Source of the DNA: Ignavibacteriota bacterium
GTDB taxonomy: Bacteria; Bacteroidota; Ignavibacteria; UBA10030; UBA6906
Length of the DNA: 64,000 nucleotides
Assembly: GCA_963801355.1 (NCBI GenBank)
Contig: CAWDEM010000004.1
Coordinates: forward strand, 128,001 to 192,000
Direction: 5' to 3'
The position numbers and the translations under genes are program-made. Of this stretch, positions 39,291 to 49,822 are shown piece by piece; position 1 is the stretch's first letter; every line of letters begins with the position of its first letter. The notes under the pieces were generated by a model that did no database searches, had not been told where the DNA came from, and saw only the letters and a program-made list of their open reading frames with translations.

Positions 39291-39492
39291 CGCCGTCATC
39301 CTCCTCATTCGTGCTTACCAGCTGGCGCTTGCACCGCTGTTGCCAGCCAATACATGCCGCTACTCTCCGACCTGCTCCCAATACGCCATCGATGCCGTGC
39401 AAAAGTACGGCGTGACCCGTGGCGGATGGCGGGCCATCAAGAGAATCGGCAGATGTCATCCGTTTCATCCGGGCGGATACGACCCCGCCTGA
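39283..39492 (+). CDS. yidD: Membrane protein insertion efficiency factor
   Basis: CRYSPTCSQYA...RIGRCHPFHPGGYDP. Confidence 0.95.
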   Translation: MRNAVILLIRAYQLALAPLLPANTCRYSPTCSQYAIDAVQKYGVTRGGWRAIKRIGRCHPFHPGGYDPA

Positions 39493-39518
39493 TTGTTGTT
39501 CTGCGCTAAGGGCACCCC

Positions 39519-41318
39519 ATGGATAAGCAATCGACATTTGGCTTCATACTCATCGGCATCATCCTTCTGGGATGGATGTGGCTGCAATCGCCACCCCCAC
39601 CCCCCTCCCCTGCCATCACCGATACGCTGTCTGTTCAGGGGAAAGCCCCCGTGGATACGGTGCGTCATGCCCCGGCACCTGCGGCCGTTGAGCCACGCAA
39701 GCCCTCCGGGTCGGATGTACTGGAACTGGGGAGCGCCTTCACCGGCAGAGAAAAGGGTGTTGAGAAGACCGTCACAATCGTGACAGAACTCTACACGGCG
39801 CAGCTCACGACACGCGGCGGCCTCCTCAAAACCTGGGAACTCCACAAGTACAAGAGCTGGGATGGGTATCCCGTACAGCTCCTGCAGGCCGAATCGGGTG
39901 GGGATATCAGCGTGCTGTTCACGTCGCGTGACGGACGGTTGATCAATACACACGGATTATTCTTCGATGTTGATGGGCCGTTTACCGACCGCATTACACT
40001 GACCGGGAGCGATTCCTGTATGGTGGCATTGGCTCTTCGCGCCAACGACGGAGGGCGTATCGTGAAACGCTTCACGTTTCACGGCAATGACTATGCGTTC
40101 GGACTGAAACTGGATTTCGAACGGATGGATTCGGTCATCTCGAATTTTGAGTACCAGGTCGTGTGGGAGAACGGCATCCGGTATGCAGAAGAGAACAGCG
40201 TGGACGAATCCAGCTTTGCCATGGCGTATGCCTATTCCGGCGGAGAGCTGACTGAAGTCGATGCATCCAGCGTCGGAGAGAATGTGCAGCGCGACATTAC
40301 GGGCGCCGCCGATTGGGTTGCGCAGCGGAACAAATATTTCATCGCGGCAATGTTGCCGCGGGGCACGAAAAGTGAAGGAGCGTATCTGGAGGGTGTTGCG
40401 CTTGGCATGCCGAATAGTGGTGTGCTGGAGCAATACGGGATGGCGTTGAAAATGCCGTTTCGCGGCCGCGCGAGCGAAAGCGCCAGCCTGGATGTCTACA
40501 TCGGACCGCTCGAATACGATCGGATGAAAGCATTCGGACTCGGCCTCGAGACAACCATGAACCTCGGTGCCGCGTGGATCATCCGTCCGATCTCTGAATA
40601 TGTGATGATACCGCTGTTCAAGTTCCTGCGCTGGTTCATCCCGAACTATGGGGTGGTCATCATCGTGTTTTCTCTGATCATCAAAATCGCACTGCACCCG
40701 CTGACAAAGACCAGCATGCGGTCAATGCGCAAGATGCAGAAGCTGGCGCCCATGATTGAGGAGATCAAAGCAAAGTACAAGGACGACCAGCAGAAGCTGA
40801 GCCAGGCCACGATGAATCTGTACAAGGAGTACGGGGCCAACCCGGCGTCGGGTTGCCTGCCCATGTTGCTGCAGATGCCGATCCTGTTTGCACTGTACGC
40901 GGTCTTCCGGTCGTCGATTGAACTGCGTCAATCATCATTCGTCTGGTGGATCAAAGATCTCTCGATTCCGGATTACCTCATCCATCTGCCATTCAGCATT
41001 CCACTCGTGGGCATCTCCGCGTTGAGCGGACTTGCACTCCTGATGACTGCAACGACGATCATCCAGCAAAAGCAGACAGTCACGGATCCGCGGCAGAAGG
41101 CAATGGTCTGGATGATGCCGCTGATGATGTTGTTGATTTTCAACAGCCTGCCGTCCGGTTTGAATCTCTACTACTTTGTGTTCAACCTTCTGTCGATAGG
41201 GCAACAGATGCTCTTTAACCGGCAGCACAAGGATGAGCCGTTGCGGAAAGTCGATCCCAAGAAGTCACAAGGGGGGATCCTGAGCCGAATAGCGAAGGAC
41301 CTGCCGAAAAGGAAGTAA
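39519..41318 (+). CDS. yidC: Membrane protein insertase
   Basis: NYGVVII...HPLT, NPASGCLPMLLQMPI, WIKDLS and PSGLNLYY motifs. Confidence 0.96.
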   Translation: MDKQSTFGFILIGIILLGWMWLQSPPPPPSPAITDTLSVQGKAPVDTVRHAPAPAAVEPRKPSGSDVLELGSAFTGREKGVEKTVTIVTELYTAQLTTRGGLLKTWELHKYKSWDGYPVQLLQAESGGDISVLFTSRDGRLINTHGLFFDVDGPFTDRITLTGSDSCMVALALRANDGGRIVKRFTFHGNDYAFGLKLDFERMDSVISNFEYQVVWENGIRYAEENSVDESSFAMAYAYSGGELTEVDASSVGENVQRDITGAADWVAQRNKYFIAAMLPRGTKSEGAYLEGVALGMPNSGVLEQYGMALKMPFRGRASESASLDVYIGPLEYDRMKAFGLGLETTMNLGAAWIIRPISEYVMIPLFKFLRWFIPNYGVVIIVFSLIIKIALHPLTKTSMRSMRKMQKLAPMIEEIKAKYKDDQQKLSQATMNLYKEYGANPASGCLPMLLQMPILFALYAVFRSSIELRQSSFVWWIKDLSIPDYLIHLPFSIPLVGISALSGLALLMTATTIIQQKQTVTDPRQKAMVWMMPLMMLLIFNSLPSGLNLYYFVFNLLSIGQQMLFNRQHKDEPLRKVDPKKSQGGILSRIAKDLPKRK

Positions 41319-41347
41319 GCACGCCACTGCAGGTATGTATGCATATG

Positions 41348-41376
41348 CGAGCCCCGCCGGACACCGGCGGGGCTCG
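41348..41376 (+). terminator. Intrinsic terminator-like hairpin after yidC
   Basis: CGAGCCCCGCCGG-ACA-CCGGCGGGGCTCG followed by actgttt. Confidence 0.75.
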
Positions 41377-41389
41377 ACTGTTTGCAGCA

Positions 41390-41418
41390 TTGCGCCTCGA
41401 TGCTGAAATTCGTAGAAT
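41390..41418 (+). promoter_or_regulatory. Putative mnmE operon promoter
   Basis: TTGCGC-N17-TAGAAT. Confidence 0.55.
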
Positions 41419-41443
41419 ATTTGCTGTCAACGTGCGTGGATAC

Positions 41444-42877
41444 ATGCAAAATAGCGATACAATAACGGCTATAGCAACCGCGCCTGGAGTAAGTGCCGTG
41501 GCAATCGTGCGGGTGAGCGGACCGCAGGCCGTGGGTGTGGCCGATGCGGTGTTCCGGGGCCGGGCGCCGCTTTCCCGGGCTGCCGGTTTTACCGTGCACT
41601 ACGGGCATGCCGTGGACAGATCCGGGGAACCGGTGGATGAAGTGCTGGCGACCATTTTCCGCGCGCCGCATTCGTACACGGGGGAAGACCTCGTGGAGTT
41701 CGGGTGCCACGGAGGGGCTGTGGTGACCGCCGCTGTGCTGGATGCGCTTCTGGGAGCGGGGGCGCGGAATGCAGAGCCGGGAGAATTCACCCGGAGGGCC
41801 TTTCTGAACGGGAGAATGGATCTTTCTCAGGCTGAAGCCGTGGCCGATCTCATTGGTGCTCGCAGCGGTCGGGCACGGCGGGCATCACTGGAGCAGCTGT
41901 CCGGGCGCCTCGGGAGCCGTGTGGGCGAACTGCGCAAAGAGCTCCTGGATTTATGTGCGTTATTGGAACTTGATCTGGATTTTGCGGAAGAAGGATTGGA
42001 GGTCATCAAACCCTCCGACGTGGAAATGCGGCTTGGGGCGGCGGCTTCGTGCGTGCGCCACCTAGCTTCAACCTACGAAGAAGGACGGCTGTACCGCGAC
42101 GGCGTGGCGGTCGTCTTCGCCGGAAGACCCAATGCCGGCAAGTCAAGCCTCTTCAACGCCCTCCTGAAGGAGGAACGCGCAATTGTCACCGCCGTTCCCG
42201 GAACCACGCGGGACTTCCTCGAAGAATCTGTCTCCCTTGACGGAATCCTGTTCCGTTTGATCGATACCGCAGGAATCCATGTGAGCGAGAATGCAATAGA
42301 ACAGGAAGGCATTCTTCGCGCTCGAAATGCACTGCGCACCGCTGACATCATCGTGCTGGTAATAGATGCGACTGAGGAAATCTCGCCCGGCATCCCCACT
42401 AAAGAACTGGGTCCGCTTACGGAAGGACAGAAACTTCTCATAACCCTCAACAAAACCGATCTTCTGAAAAACGGTCCTCTGAAAAGCGGTCCTTTGAAAA
42501 CCGATCGTTGGGATCATGCACTCTCAGCAGATTTGGGCAACGGCGTGGAAGGTAGCGGCGAGGTTCTTCTGCCGGTTTCAGCTCTGACCGGAGATGGGAT
42601 TCAGGAACTGCACAAGACTCTCGTGAAGCTTGCATCCTCAGGATTCAGGTCGGACGAACATGATGTGATAATCACAAACCGTAGACATAAGGAGGCCCTT
42701 GAACGGGCGGCAGCGGACCTGGATCGGGCACGCACGACCCTGTCTCAGGGAGCGACTAACGAATTTGTCGCCCTGGATCTCCGGGAAGCTGTAAACTCCC
42801 TCTCGGAAATCACAGGTCAGCTGACAAGCGAAGAAATACTGAATGCCATTTTCTCCCGATTTTGCATAGGAAAGTGA
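41444..42877 (+). CDS. mnmE: tRNA modification GTPase MnmE/TrmE
   Basis: [41 protein letters not shown] and FCIGK motifs. Confidence 0.97.
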   Translation: MQNSDTITAIATAPGVSAVAIVRVSGPQAVGVADAVFRGRAPLSRAAGFTVHYGHAVDRSGEPVDEVLATIFRAPHSYTGEDLVEFGCHGGAVVTAAVLDALLGAGARNAEPGEFTRRAFLNGRMDLSQAEAVADLIGARSGRARRASLEQLSGRLGSRVGELRKELLDLCALLELDLDFAEEGLEVIKPSDVEMRLGAAASCVRHLASTYEEGRLYRDGVAVVFAGRPNAGKSSLFNALLKEERAIVTAVPGTTRDFLEESVSLDGILFRLIDTAGIHVSENAIEQEGILRARNALRTADIIVLVIDATEEISPGIPTKELGPLTEGQKLLITLNKTDLLKNGPLKSGPLKTDRWDHALSADLGNGVEGSGEVLLPVSALTGDGIQELHKTLVKLASSGFRSDEHDVIITNRRHKEALERAAADLDRARTTLSQGATNEFVALDLREAVNSLSEITGQLTSEEILNAIFSRFCIGK

Positions 42878-42881
42878 CCTG

Positions 42882-44762
42882 ATGTTTCACGTGGAACATC
42901 GATATGATGTCGTTGTGGTCGGAGGCGGACATGCCGGAATAGAGGCATCGCTCGCCGCGGCCAGGATGGGGTGCTCCACAGGTTTGATTACAATGCAGAA
43001 GCAGGCAATCGGCAGGATGTCATGTAATCCGGCCATCGGCGGTACCGCCAAAGGCCACCTCGTCAGGGAAATTGATGCTCTGGGAGGCGAAATGGGCAAA
43101 ATCGCCGACGCCACAGGCATCCACTTCCGTATGCTCAATACGTCGAAAGGCCCTGCGGTCTGGTCGCCTCGCTCTCAGAACGACCGGGAATGGTACGGCA
43201 GGGAAGCTCTCCGCCGCATCGAAATGCAGGATGGGATTGACATCATAGAGGACACAGTAAGTGATCTTGAGATAGAAGACGGTTCTGTGCGCGGCGTAAT
43301 AACCGGGACCGGCCTCAAGATAGGCTGTGCCACACTCGTACTCTGCAGCGGCACATTCCTCAACGCAATTATGCATACTGGAACTTCCAGGTCGGAAGGG
43401 GGGAGGTTCCAGGAGAAATCTTCCAACGGACTGACCGAACGACTCATGAAAGCCGGCCTGGTTTCCGGCCGACTTAAAACAGGTACCCCACCCCGCCTGC
43501 GAAGGGATTCTATCGACTACCAGGAGACGGAGATGCAACAGGGTGACGAGGATCCTACCCCGTTTTCGTTTCAAAACAACAAGATTACAAACCGTCAGAT
43601 CCCGATGTACCTTACTTATACGAACAGCCTGACACACGACTTACTCAGGACCGGCTTCAATGAGTCGCCTCTCTTCACAGGAAGGATCAAGGGTATCGGT
43701 CCGCGATACTGCCCGTCGATTGAGGACAAGATCAATCGCTTTGCGGACAGGGATCGCCACCAGATATTTCTCGAACCCGAGGGATATGAATCGGATGTCG
43801 TCTACGTAAATGGCTTCTCTTCCAGCCTTCCCGCAGCCGTTCAGGAGATTGCACTCAAGAGCATACCGGGGCTTTCTCACTCCGTTATGGTCCGCCCGGG
43901 ATATGCGGTCGAGTATGACTACTTCCCGCCATACCAGGTGCGCCATACACTCGAAACGAAGAAAGTGAATGGACTCTACTTTGCGGGGCAGATCAACGGG
44001 ACAAGCGGGTATGAAGAGGCCGCGGCACAGGGGCTGGTCGCAGGCATCAATGCGGCCCTGTCAGTCCAGGGGAAAGAGCCGTTCATTGTCGGCAGGAGCG
44101 AGGCATACATCGGAGTGCTGGTTGATGATCTGATAAACAAATCGACAGAAGAACCATACCGCATGTTTACATCGCGGGCAGAATACCGGCTTGCCTTGCG
44201 TCAGGACAATGCCGATTCCAGGCTTATGAGACGCGGATATGCCTTAGGGCTCATCCCGCAAGAGGCAATAGCTCGATTGGACGAGAAAGAGCTGAGCGTC
44301 ACTGCCGCCCGTGAGTACCTCCTTCGCGAGCGATTGTCAAAGAGCGAAATCCAGACTATTCTGGGAAGCGAAAATGGAGCCACGGTTCCAGAATCGGAGT
44401 CGCTGAACCAGATCCTGAGAAGACCTGGTGTAACACTGGAAAAAGTTCTCCGCGTGAGCAGACTGAAGGACAGTCATGTGGTCCAGCGGCTCATGGCTGA
44501 CCGGGACGCCGCCAGACGCCTCGAGATCGAAGTCAAATATGAAGGTTATCTGAAGCGCCAGGATGAGCAGATCGAGCTTTTCAGGAAGAATGAGTCATTG
44601 ACTATTCCCGAGAACTTCGACTATGCTGCCATCAAGTCGCTGAGCAACGAGGGAAGAGAGAAACTAACGAAAATCCGCCCACGGTCAATCGGACAGGCAA
44701 TGAGGATCAGTGGTGTAAGCCCTGCCGACGCGACTATCCTGATGATTGGCATCATGAGGTAG
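42882..44762 (+). CDS. mnmG: tRNA uridine-5-carboxymethylaminomethyl modification enzyme MnmG/GidA
   Basis: [26 protein letters not shown] and [17 protein letters not shown] motifs. Confidence 0.98.
   Translation: MFHVEHRYDVVVVGGGHAGIEASLAAARMGCSTGLITMQKQAIGRMSCNPAIGGTAKGHLVREIDALGGEMGKIADATGIHFRMLNTSKGPAVWSPRSQNDREWYGREALRRIEMQDGIDIIEDTVSDLEIEDGSVRGVITGTGLKIGCATLVLCSGTFLNAIMHTGTSRSEGGRFQEKSSNGLTERLMKAGLVSGRLKTGTPPRLRRDSIDYQETEMQQGDEDPTPFSFQNNKITNRQIPMYLTYTNSLTHDLLRTGFNESPLFTGRIKGIGPRYCPSIEDKINRFADRDRHQIFLEPEGYESDVVYVNGFSSSLPAAVQEIALKSIPGLSHSVMVRPGYAVEYDYFPPYQVRHTLETKKVNGLYFAGQINGTSGYEEAAAQGLVAGINAALSVQGKEPFIVGRSEAYIGVLVDDLINKSTEEPYRMFTSRAEYRLALRQDNADSRLMRRGYALGLIPQEAIARLDEKELSVTAAREYLLRERLSKSEIQTILGSENGATVPESESLNQILRRPGVTLEKVLRVSRLKDSHVVQRLMADRDAARRLEIEVKYEGYLKRQDEQIELFRKNESLTIPENFDYAAIKSLSNEGREKLTKIRPRSIGQAMRISGVSPADATILMIGIMR
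42883..42898. promoter_or_regulatory. parS site 1
   Basis: TGTTTCACGTGGAACA matches the universal parS consensus. Confidence 0.9.
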
Positions 44763-45517
44763 TGTTCCACGTGGAACAATCTATACTTTTTAACAATATT
44801 TGTAGGACAAACGGGCTGAACCTTTCACGGGAGCAGGTGGATCTCTTTGAGAGGTACGCCGGACTGCTTCTGGAGTGGAATGCCAAATTGAACCTGATTT
44901 CGCGGAAAGATCAGGAAAACCTCTGGGAAAGCCACCTGCTCCACAGCGTAGCCATATTATTTGGCCGGAGAGTTCCGGAAGAAATCAGAGTTCTGGATGT
45001 AGGCAGTGGTGGCGGTCTGCCCGGAATTCCTCTGGCGATCGTGAAACCGGGATGGAGCGTAACGCTTCTGGACTCGATAGGCAAGAAGACCAATGCGCTC
45101 CAGGACATTGTCGGTCGACTTGGCACAGGGAGGATCGAAGTAGTAAACGGGAGGGTTGAAGAGAGTGCTATTATTGCAGGGCGTCGCGGCAAGTACGATC
45201 TGGTGGTAGCGCGTGGCGTGGCGCCATTGGCTCAACTTGCGAAATGGTCCCGGCCGTATCTTACGAAGAAGACCGAAGTTACGAAGGAGAAGCATGAAGT
45301 TACAGATGAGAAGAATGAAGTTACTCGTGAAGGGCCGGGGAAGTTCCTACCTGTGCCGTCAATGGTGGCGTACAAAGGGGGGGATCTGGAGGAAGAGTTA
45401 AAGGAGTTACGCATAAAGGTTCACGGCACGGTTCAGCGGGTTGACCATCTGGTGTTCCCGGGGAGTGCCGAAGCCGGGTTGGAAGGAAAGAAGCTTGTGG
45501 TACTGCAGTTCACCTGA
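44762..45517 (+). CDS. rsmG: 16S rRNA m7G527 methyltransferase RsmG/GidB
   Basis: WNAKLNLIS, HLLHS and LDVGSGGGLPGIPLAI motifs. Confidence 0.95.
   Translation: MFHVEQSILFNNICRTNGLNLSREQVDLFERYAGLLLEWNAKLNLISRKDQENLWESHLLHSVAILFGRRVPEEIRVLDVGSGGGLPGIPLAIVKPGWSVTLLDSIGKKTNALQDIVGRLGTGRIEVVNGRVEESAIIAGRRGKYDLVVARGVAPLAQLAKWSRPYLTKKTEVTKEKHEVTDEKNEVTREGPGKFLPVPSMVAYKGGDLEEELKELRIKVHGTVQRVDHLVFPGSAEAGLEGKKLVVLQFT
44763..44778. promoter_or_regulatory. parS site 2
   Basis: Perfect palindrome TGTTCCACGTGGAACA. Confidence 0.9.
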
Positions 45518-45544
45518 TCATTCACTCTATAGCCGTTATTGCAT

Positions 45545-46471
45545 ATGCCCCATGAACTTCTGAACACCCTGTCAAAACTGCTGACCGAGCAGCGCAATCC
45601 CGCGTCGATGAATCTCGACTGCATGTCCACCGAGGAAATCCTCCGCCTGCTCAACTCCCAGGATAAGCTTGTGCCGCTCGCAGTGGAAAAAGAGATTCCC
45701 TATATCATGCAGGCCGTCGAGCTCATCGTGAACTCATTCCGCCGCGGCGGTCGCCTGCTCTATTTTGGAGCGGGTACAAGCGGACGCCTGGGCGTCGTGG
45801 ATGCATCGGAATGCCCGCCGACATTCGGTACACCTCCGGAACAGGTTGTGGGTGTGATCGCCGGCGGCCATGCCGCAATGTTCAAGTCGCAGGAAGGCGC
45901 GGAAGACAACGAGTTACAGGGCCGGAAAGACGTTGATGCGCACAACGTGACTTCGCTGGATACGATCTGCGGCATTGCCGCCAGCCGGCGCACGCCGTAC
46001 GTGGTTGCGGCTGTCGCCCGCGCCCGGGAGCTGGGGGCGAATACTATCTACGTGACGACAAACCCGCGGGCGGATTTCGACCTCGACGTGGATGTGGCGA
46101 TCTGTCCTGAAGTCGGGCCTGAAGTCCTGATGGGCTCAACACGCATGAAGTCCGGAACAGCACAAAAGCTCGTGCTCAATATGCTCACCACAACCGCCAT
46201 GGTGAAACTCGGGAAAGTCTATGAAAACATGATGGTGGATCTGCAGCTGACCAACAAAAAACTGGTGGAGCGGTCGCGGCGCATTGTGATGATGGCAACC
46301 GGCGTGGAATATGAGGCCGCCGCAGAATACCTGAGGCGTGCGGGAGGACACGTGAAAAGCGCGATCGTCATGATCAAGACCGGAGTGGATTTTGCCGAAG
46401 CGCAGGCGCGCATCGCCGCTGCAGACGGATTTGTCCGCCGGGCTACGGGCGAAGGAGAGCAGACGCGCTGA
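45545..46471 (+). CDS. murQ: N-acetylmuramic acid 6-phosphate etherase
   Basis: TEQRNP, GAGTSGRLGVVDASECPPTFG and GSTRMKSGTAQKLVLNM motifs. Confidence 0.95.
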   Translation: MPHELLNTLSKLLTEQRNPASMNLDCMSTEEILRLLNSQDKLVPLAVEKEIPYIMQAVELIVNSFRRGGRLLYFGAGTSGRLGVVDASECPPTFGTPPEQVVGVIAGGHAAMFKSQEGAEDNELQGRKDVDAHNVTSLDTICGIAASRRTPYVVAAVARARELGANTIYVTTNPRADFDLDVDVAICPEVGPEVLMGSTRMKSGTAQKLVLNMLTTTAMVKLGKVYENMMVDLQLTNKKLVERSRRIVMMATGVEYEAAAEYLRRAGGHVKSAIVMIKTGVDFAEAQARIAAADGFVRRATGEGEQTR

Positions 46472-46482
46472 ATGCGGGGAAC

Positions 46483-49400
46483 ATGATGGCAGAGGTACTC
46501 AGAACAGAACTTGACAACAGTCCGCTCATCCACACACTGGCCGACAGGCTCCGCGCAACGCAACCGGGCGACGTGGTGCTGGTCACCGGTGTCGCCGGTT
46601 CACTGACCGCGCTGCTGGTTGCATCGCTGCACGCGGCTTTGGAGCGGCAGGTGGTGCTGGTGATGCCCGAAAAGGACCAGGCCTTGCGTGCGGCGGATGA
46701 TGTGATGCTGGCGTGGGGCGAGGGGGGCGTGCGTCTTTTTCTGGGGCGTGAGGATCATGAGGCTCTGCTGAGCGGGCGCAGCCGCGAGAGCAACGACGTA
46801 CAGACGCTGCGGCTGTTGACCGGGGGGGAAGTGCGTATCCTGGTAACACATGCCGCCGGGCTCGCAGCGCGTCTCCCGCTTCCGGCGGAGGTGCAGCGTG
46901 ATGCGCTTGTACTGACACGCGGCAACGCGGCGGGATTCGAAGCAACAGTGCGGCGTCTGCAGCAGTTCCGTTTTGATCGCGCGGACATTGTTGAGCAACC
47001 CGGCGAATATGCGCTCCGTGGAGGCATTATTGATGTATTTCCCTTCGTAGGTGAGAACCCTCTCCGCATAGAGTTTTTCGGTGACACGGTGGAATCGCTG
47101 CGCGAGTTCGACGTGACGTCCCAGCGTTCCATCCGTCCGCTGGATGCGGCGGTGATTGTGCCGGACCTCCTGGCGGCGGAGCCCGGGGGCGAGGGCGGGA
47201 TCCGGGGCGACACGACCCTGGTGGACTATATCTCTGATATAGCCGTTATTGTAATTACGGAGCCGCACGAGTGCGCTGATATCTGGCAAGGTCTCGTCGC
47301 GGCGGGACGGACCGACGTCGTTCACCCCGAACGGCTTGAAGAAGTGCTGGCGCTGTTTCCCCGCATACATGTGGCCTCCCTGCCCGAACGTCCCGCCGAC
47401 CTGGATATCGGTGCACGCCACCAACCAGCGTTCAACGGCAGCGTGCAGATGCTGGTGCGCGATCTGGCGGAACGCCAGACCGGCGGGTATCGCACGCTTG
47501 TGACCTGTGAGACCGGCCCGGAGCGGGACCGCATTCAGGAACTCATCGGCACGGCGATCGCTGCGCTGGATGAAGCGGAGCGACCCGATCCCGCGCGCGT
47601 CGAGTACCTGCTGGAACCGCTCCATGAAGGATTTCTCCTCCCATCCCTCCGCCTGGCACTGTACGCCGAACACCAGATCTTCGGCCGCGTCAAACGCCAC
47701 CGCCACCGGCGCAAGGGCCGGTTCAAGGGCATTACCGAGACCGAAATGCAGCAGCTGCGCAAAGGCGACTATGTCGTGCACGAGGATTTCGGCATCGGGC
47801 GTTTTGCCGGACTCAAGACCATCCAGGTACGTGATGTGCATCTGGAGGTCGCATCCGTGGTGTATGAGGACGATGATGTTCTGTACGTCAACATCAGTTA
47901 CCTGAACAAGCTGCAGAAGTACTCCTCGAAAGACGGACACGTCCCCAAAGTGCACCGGCTTGGCAGCGGCGAATGGGAAAAACTGAAAGCCCGCACGAAG
48001 AAACGGGTGAAAGACATCGCCCGTGATCTCATACGCCTCTATGCGCGCCGCAAACACATTGAAGGGTTTTCCTTTCCTGCGGACACGCCCTGGCAGAAAG
48101 AGCTTGAAGCTTCGTTCGCGTACGAGGATACTTTTGATCAGGCGAAAGCCACCATGGACGTCAAACGTGACATGGAAAACGGCGCGCCGATGGACCGGCT
48201 GATCTGCGGGGATGTGGGCTTCGGCAAGACGGAAGTTGCCGTGCGTGCGGCGTTCAAAGCGGTGATGGCGGGCAAGCAGATGGCGATGCTGGTGCCGACC
48301 ACGATCCTCGCGCTGCAACATGTGAATACGTTTCGCGACCGCATGGGGCGGTACGGTACCGCTATCGAGGTACTCTCGCGCTTTCGCGCCCGGAAGGATC
48401 AGGAGACCGTTCTCTCGGGTCTGGCCGAAGGAAGGGTGGATGTCCTGATCGGCACGCACCGCATCCTGTCAAAGGATGTGACATTCAAGGACCTCGGTCT
48501 CCTCGTGATCGATGAGGAACATCGCTTTGGTGTCGCCGCAAAGGAGAAGCTCCGGCAGATGCGGACGCAGGTGGACACGCTCTCGTTGACCGCCACGCCG
48601 ATTCCACGGACGCTCCATTTCTCGCTTCTCGGTGCGCGGGATCTCTCGATCATCGCCACGCCGCCGCGGAACCGCCTGCCGATCATCACGGAGCTGGTGC
48701 AGTGGAATGACGAGACCATCACCGACGCGGTGCGACGGGAAATCCGCCGCGGCGGCCAGGTGTACGTCGTGCACGACCGCGTGCAGACGATTGCCGATCT
48801 CACGGCGCGCCTGCAACAGCTTCTCCCCGGCGTGCGGATGCGTTGCGCACACGGCCAGATGCATGCGCACGAACTGGAAGAAGTGATGCTTGCCTTTCTG
48901 GAGAGGAGGGTGGATTTGCTGGTCTCGACCAAGATCATCGAGTCGGGCCTGGATATTCCGAACGTCAACACTATTATCATCAACCGGGCGGACCGGTTCG
49001 GCATGGCGGAGCTCTACCAGTTGCGCGGCCGGGTCGGGCGATCCAATGTCCAGGCGTATGCCTACCTCATCATCCCTCCCCTGTCGGTGATGGGCAGAAC
49101 CACCGTGCAGCGCCTGCAGGCGTTGCAGGAGTTCAACGAGCTCGGATCGGGATTTAACCTGGCGATGCGGGATCTGGAAATCCGCGGGGCGGGCAACATG
49201 CTGGGCAGCGAACAAAGCGGCTTCATCGAGGCGATGGGGTTCGAGACGTACACCCGCATTCTAGATGAAGCGGTGCGCGAGGTGAAGGAGGAAGAATTCC
49301 GCGATCTCTTTCCCGAGATCGCAGACCAGGTCCCCGCGCGCAGCGTTGTTGTGGAGGCGGATCTCGAGGCGCTCATCCCGGAGAGTTACGTGGCAAGCGA

Positions 49401-49812
49401 AAGGGAGCGTCTGCGCATCTACCGCCGGCTGCATGCCGTCAGCACGCCCGAGCAGCTGGAGGAGGTGGGCCAGGAATTGAGCGATCGGTTCGGGAGATTG
49501 CCCGATCCGGTGGAGACGCTTCTGGGGCTCATACGCATCAAGCTGGCTGCTGCGCGCCTGCAACTGCCGAAAGTGCATGTAGGCCGGGAAACCCTCCAGC
49601 TCTCCTTCCCGCCGGAATCAGCCACCGCGTTTTACGATGCACCGGAATTTCAGCAAATGATGAACGTGATTGGGCGCATGAGGGGTGCCGGCGTGCAGCT
49701 GCAGCAGACCGCCGATCAACTCAACGCCCTGTTTCCGCTGGGCGCGCAGAAGCCCGACGAGCAGATTATTGCCCGCGCACTGGAGTACCTGAAGGCCATC
49801 TCGAGCAACTGA
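46483..49812 (+). CDS. mfd: Transcription-repair coupling factor
   Basis: RGGIIDVF, GDYVVHEDFGIG, GDVGFGKTE, DEEHRFG, TATPIPRT and QLRGRVGR motifs. Confidence 0.97.
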   Translation: MMAEVLRTELDNSPLIHTLADRLRATQPGDVVLVTGVAGSLTALLVASLHAALERQVVLVMPEKDQALRAADDVMLAWGEGGVRLFLGREDHEALLSGRSRESNDVQTLRLLTGGEVRILVTHAAGLAARLPLPAEVQRDALVLTRGNAAGFEATVRRLQQFRFDRADIVEQPGEYALRGGIIDVFPFVGENPLRIEFFGDTVESLREFDVTSQRSIRPLDAAVIVPDLLAAEPGGEGGIRGDTTLVDYISDIAVIVITEPHECADIWQGLVAAGRTDVVHPERLEEVLALFPRIHVASLPERPADLDIGARHQPAFNGSVQMLVRDLAERQTGGYRTLVTCETGPERDRIQELIGTAIAALDEAERPDPARVEYLLEPLHEGFLLPSLRLALYAEHQIFGRVKRHRHRRKGRFKGITETEMQQLRKGDYVVHEDFGIGRFAGLKTIQVRDVHLEVASVVYEDDDVLYVNISYLNKLQKYSSKDGHVPKVHRLGSGEWEKLKARTKKRVKDIARDLIRLYARRKHIEGFSFPADTPWQKELEASFAYEDTFDQAKATMDVKRDMENGAPMDRLICGDVGFGKTEVAVRAAFKAVMAGKQMAMLVPTTILALQHVNTFRDRMGRYGTAIEVLSRFRARKDQETVLSGLAEGRVDVLIGTHRILSKDVTFKDLGLLVIDEEHRFGVAAKEKLRQMRTQVDTLSLTATPIPRTLHFSLLGARDLSIIATPPRNRLPIITELVQWNDETITDAVRREIRRGGQVYVVHDRVQTIADLTARLQQLLPGVRMRCAHGQMHAHELEEVMLAFLERRVDLLVSTKIIESGLDIPNVNTIIINRADRFGMAELYQLRGRVGRSNVQAYAYLIIPPLSVMGRTTVQRLQALQEFNELGSGFNLAMRDLEIRGAGNMLGSEQSGFIEAMGFETYTRILDEAVREVKEEEFRDLFPEIADQVPARSVVVEADLEALIPESYVASERERLRIYRRLHAVSTPEQLEEVGQELSDRFGRLPDPVETLLGLIRIKLAAARLQLPKVHVGRETLQLSFPPESATAFYDAPEFQQMMNVIGRMRGAGVQLQQTADQLNALFPLGAQKPDEQIIARALEYLKAISSN

Positions 49813-49822
49813 GGGGGGAGTC

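Noticed and set aside
46600-48459. 619-aa ORF antisense to mfd (likewise 61907-63340, 52071-53243, 5720-6856, 20783-21922)
   Set aside because: Antisense shadows of well-supported genes; no independent evidence of coding.
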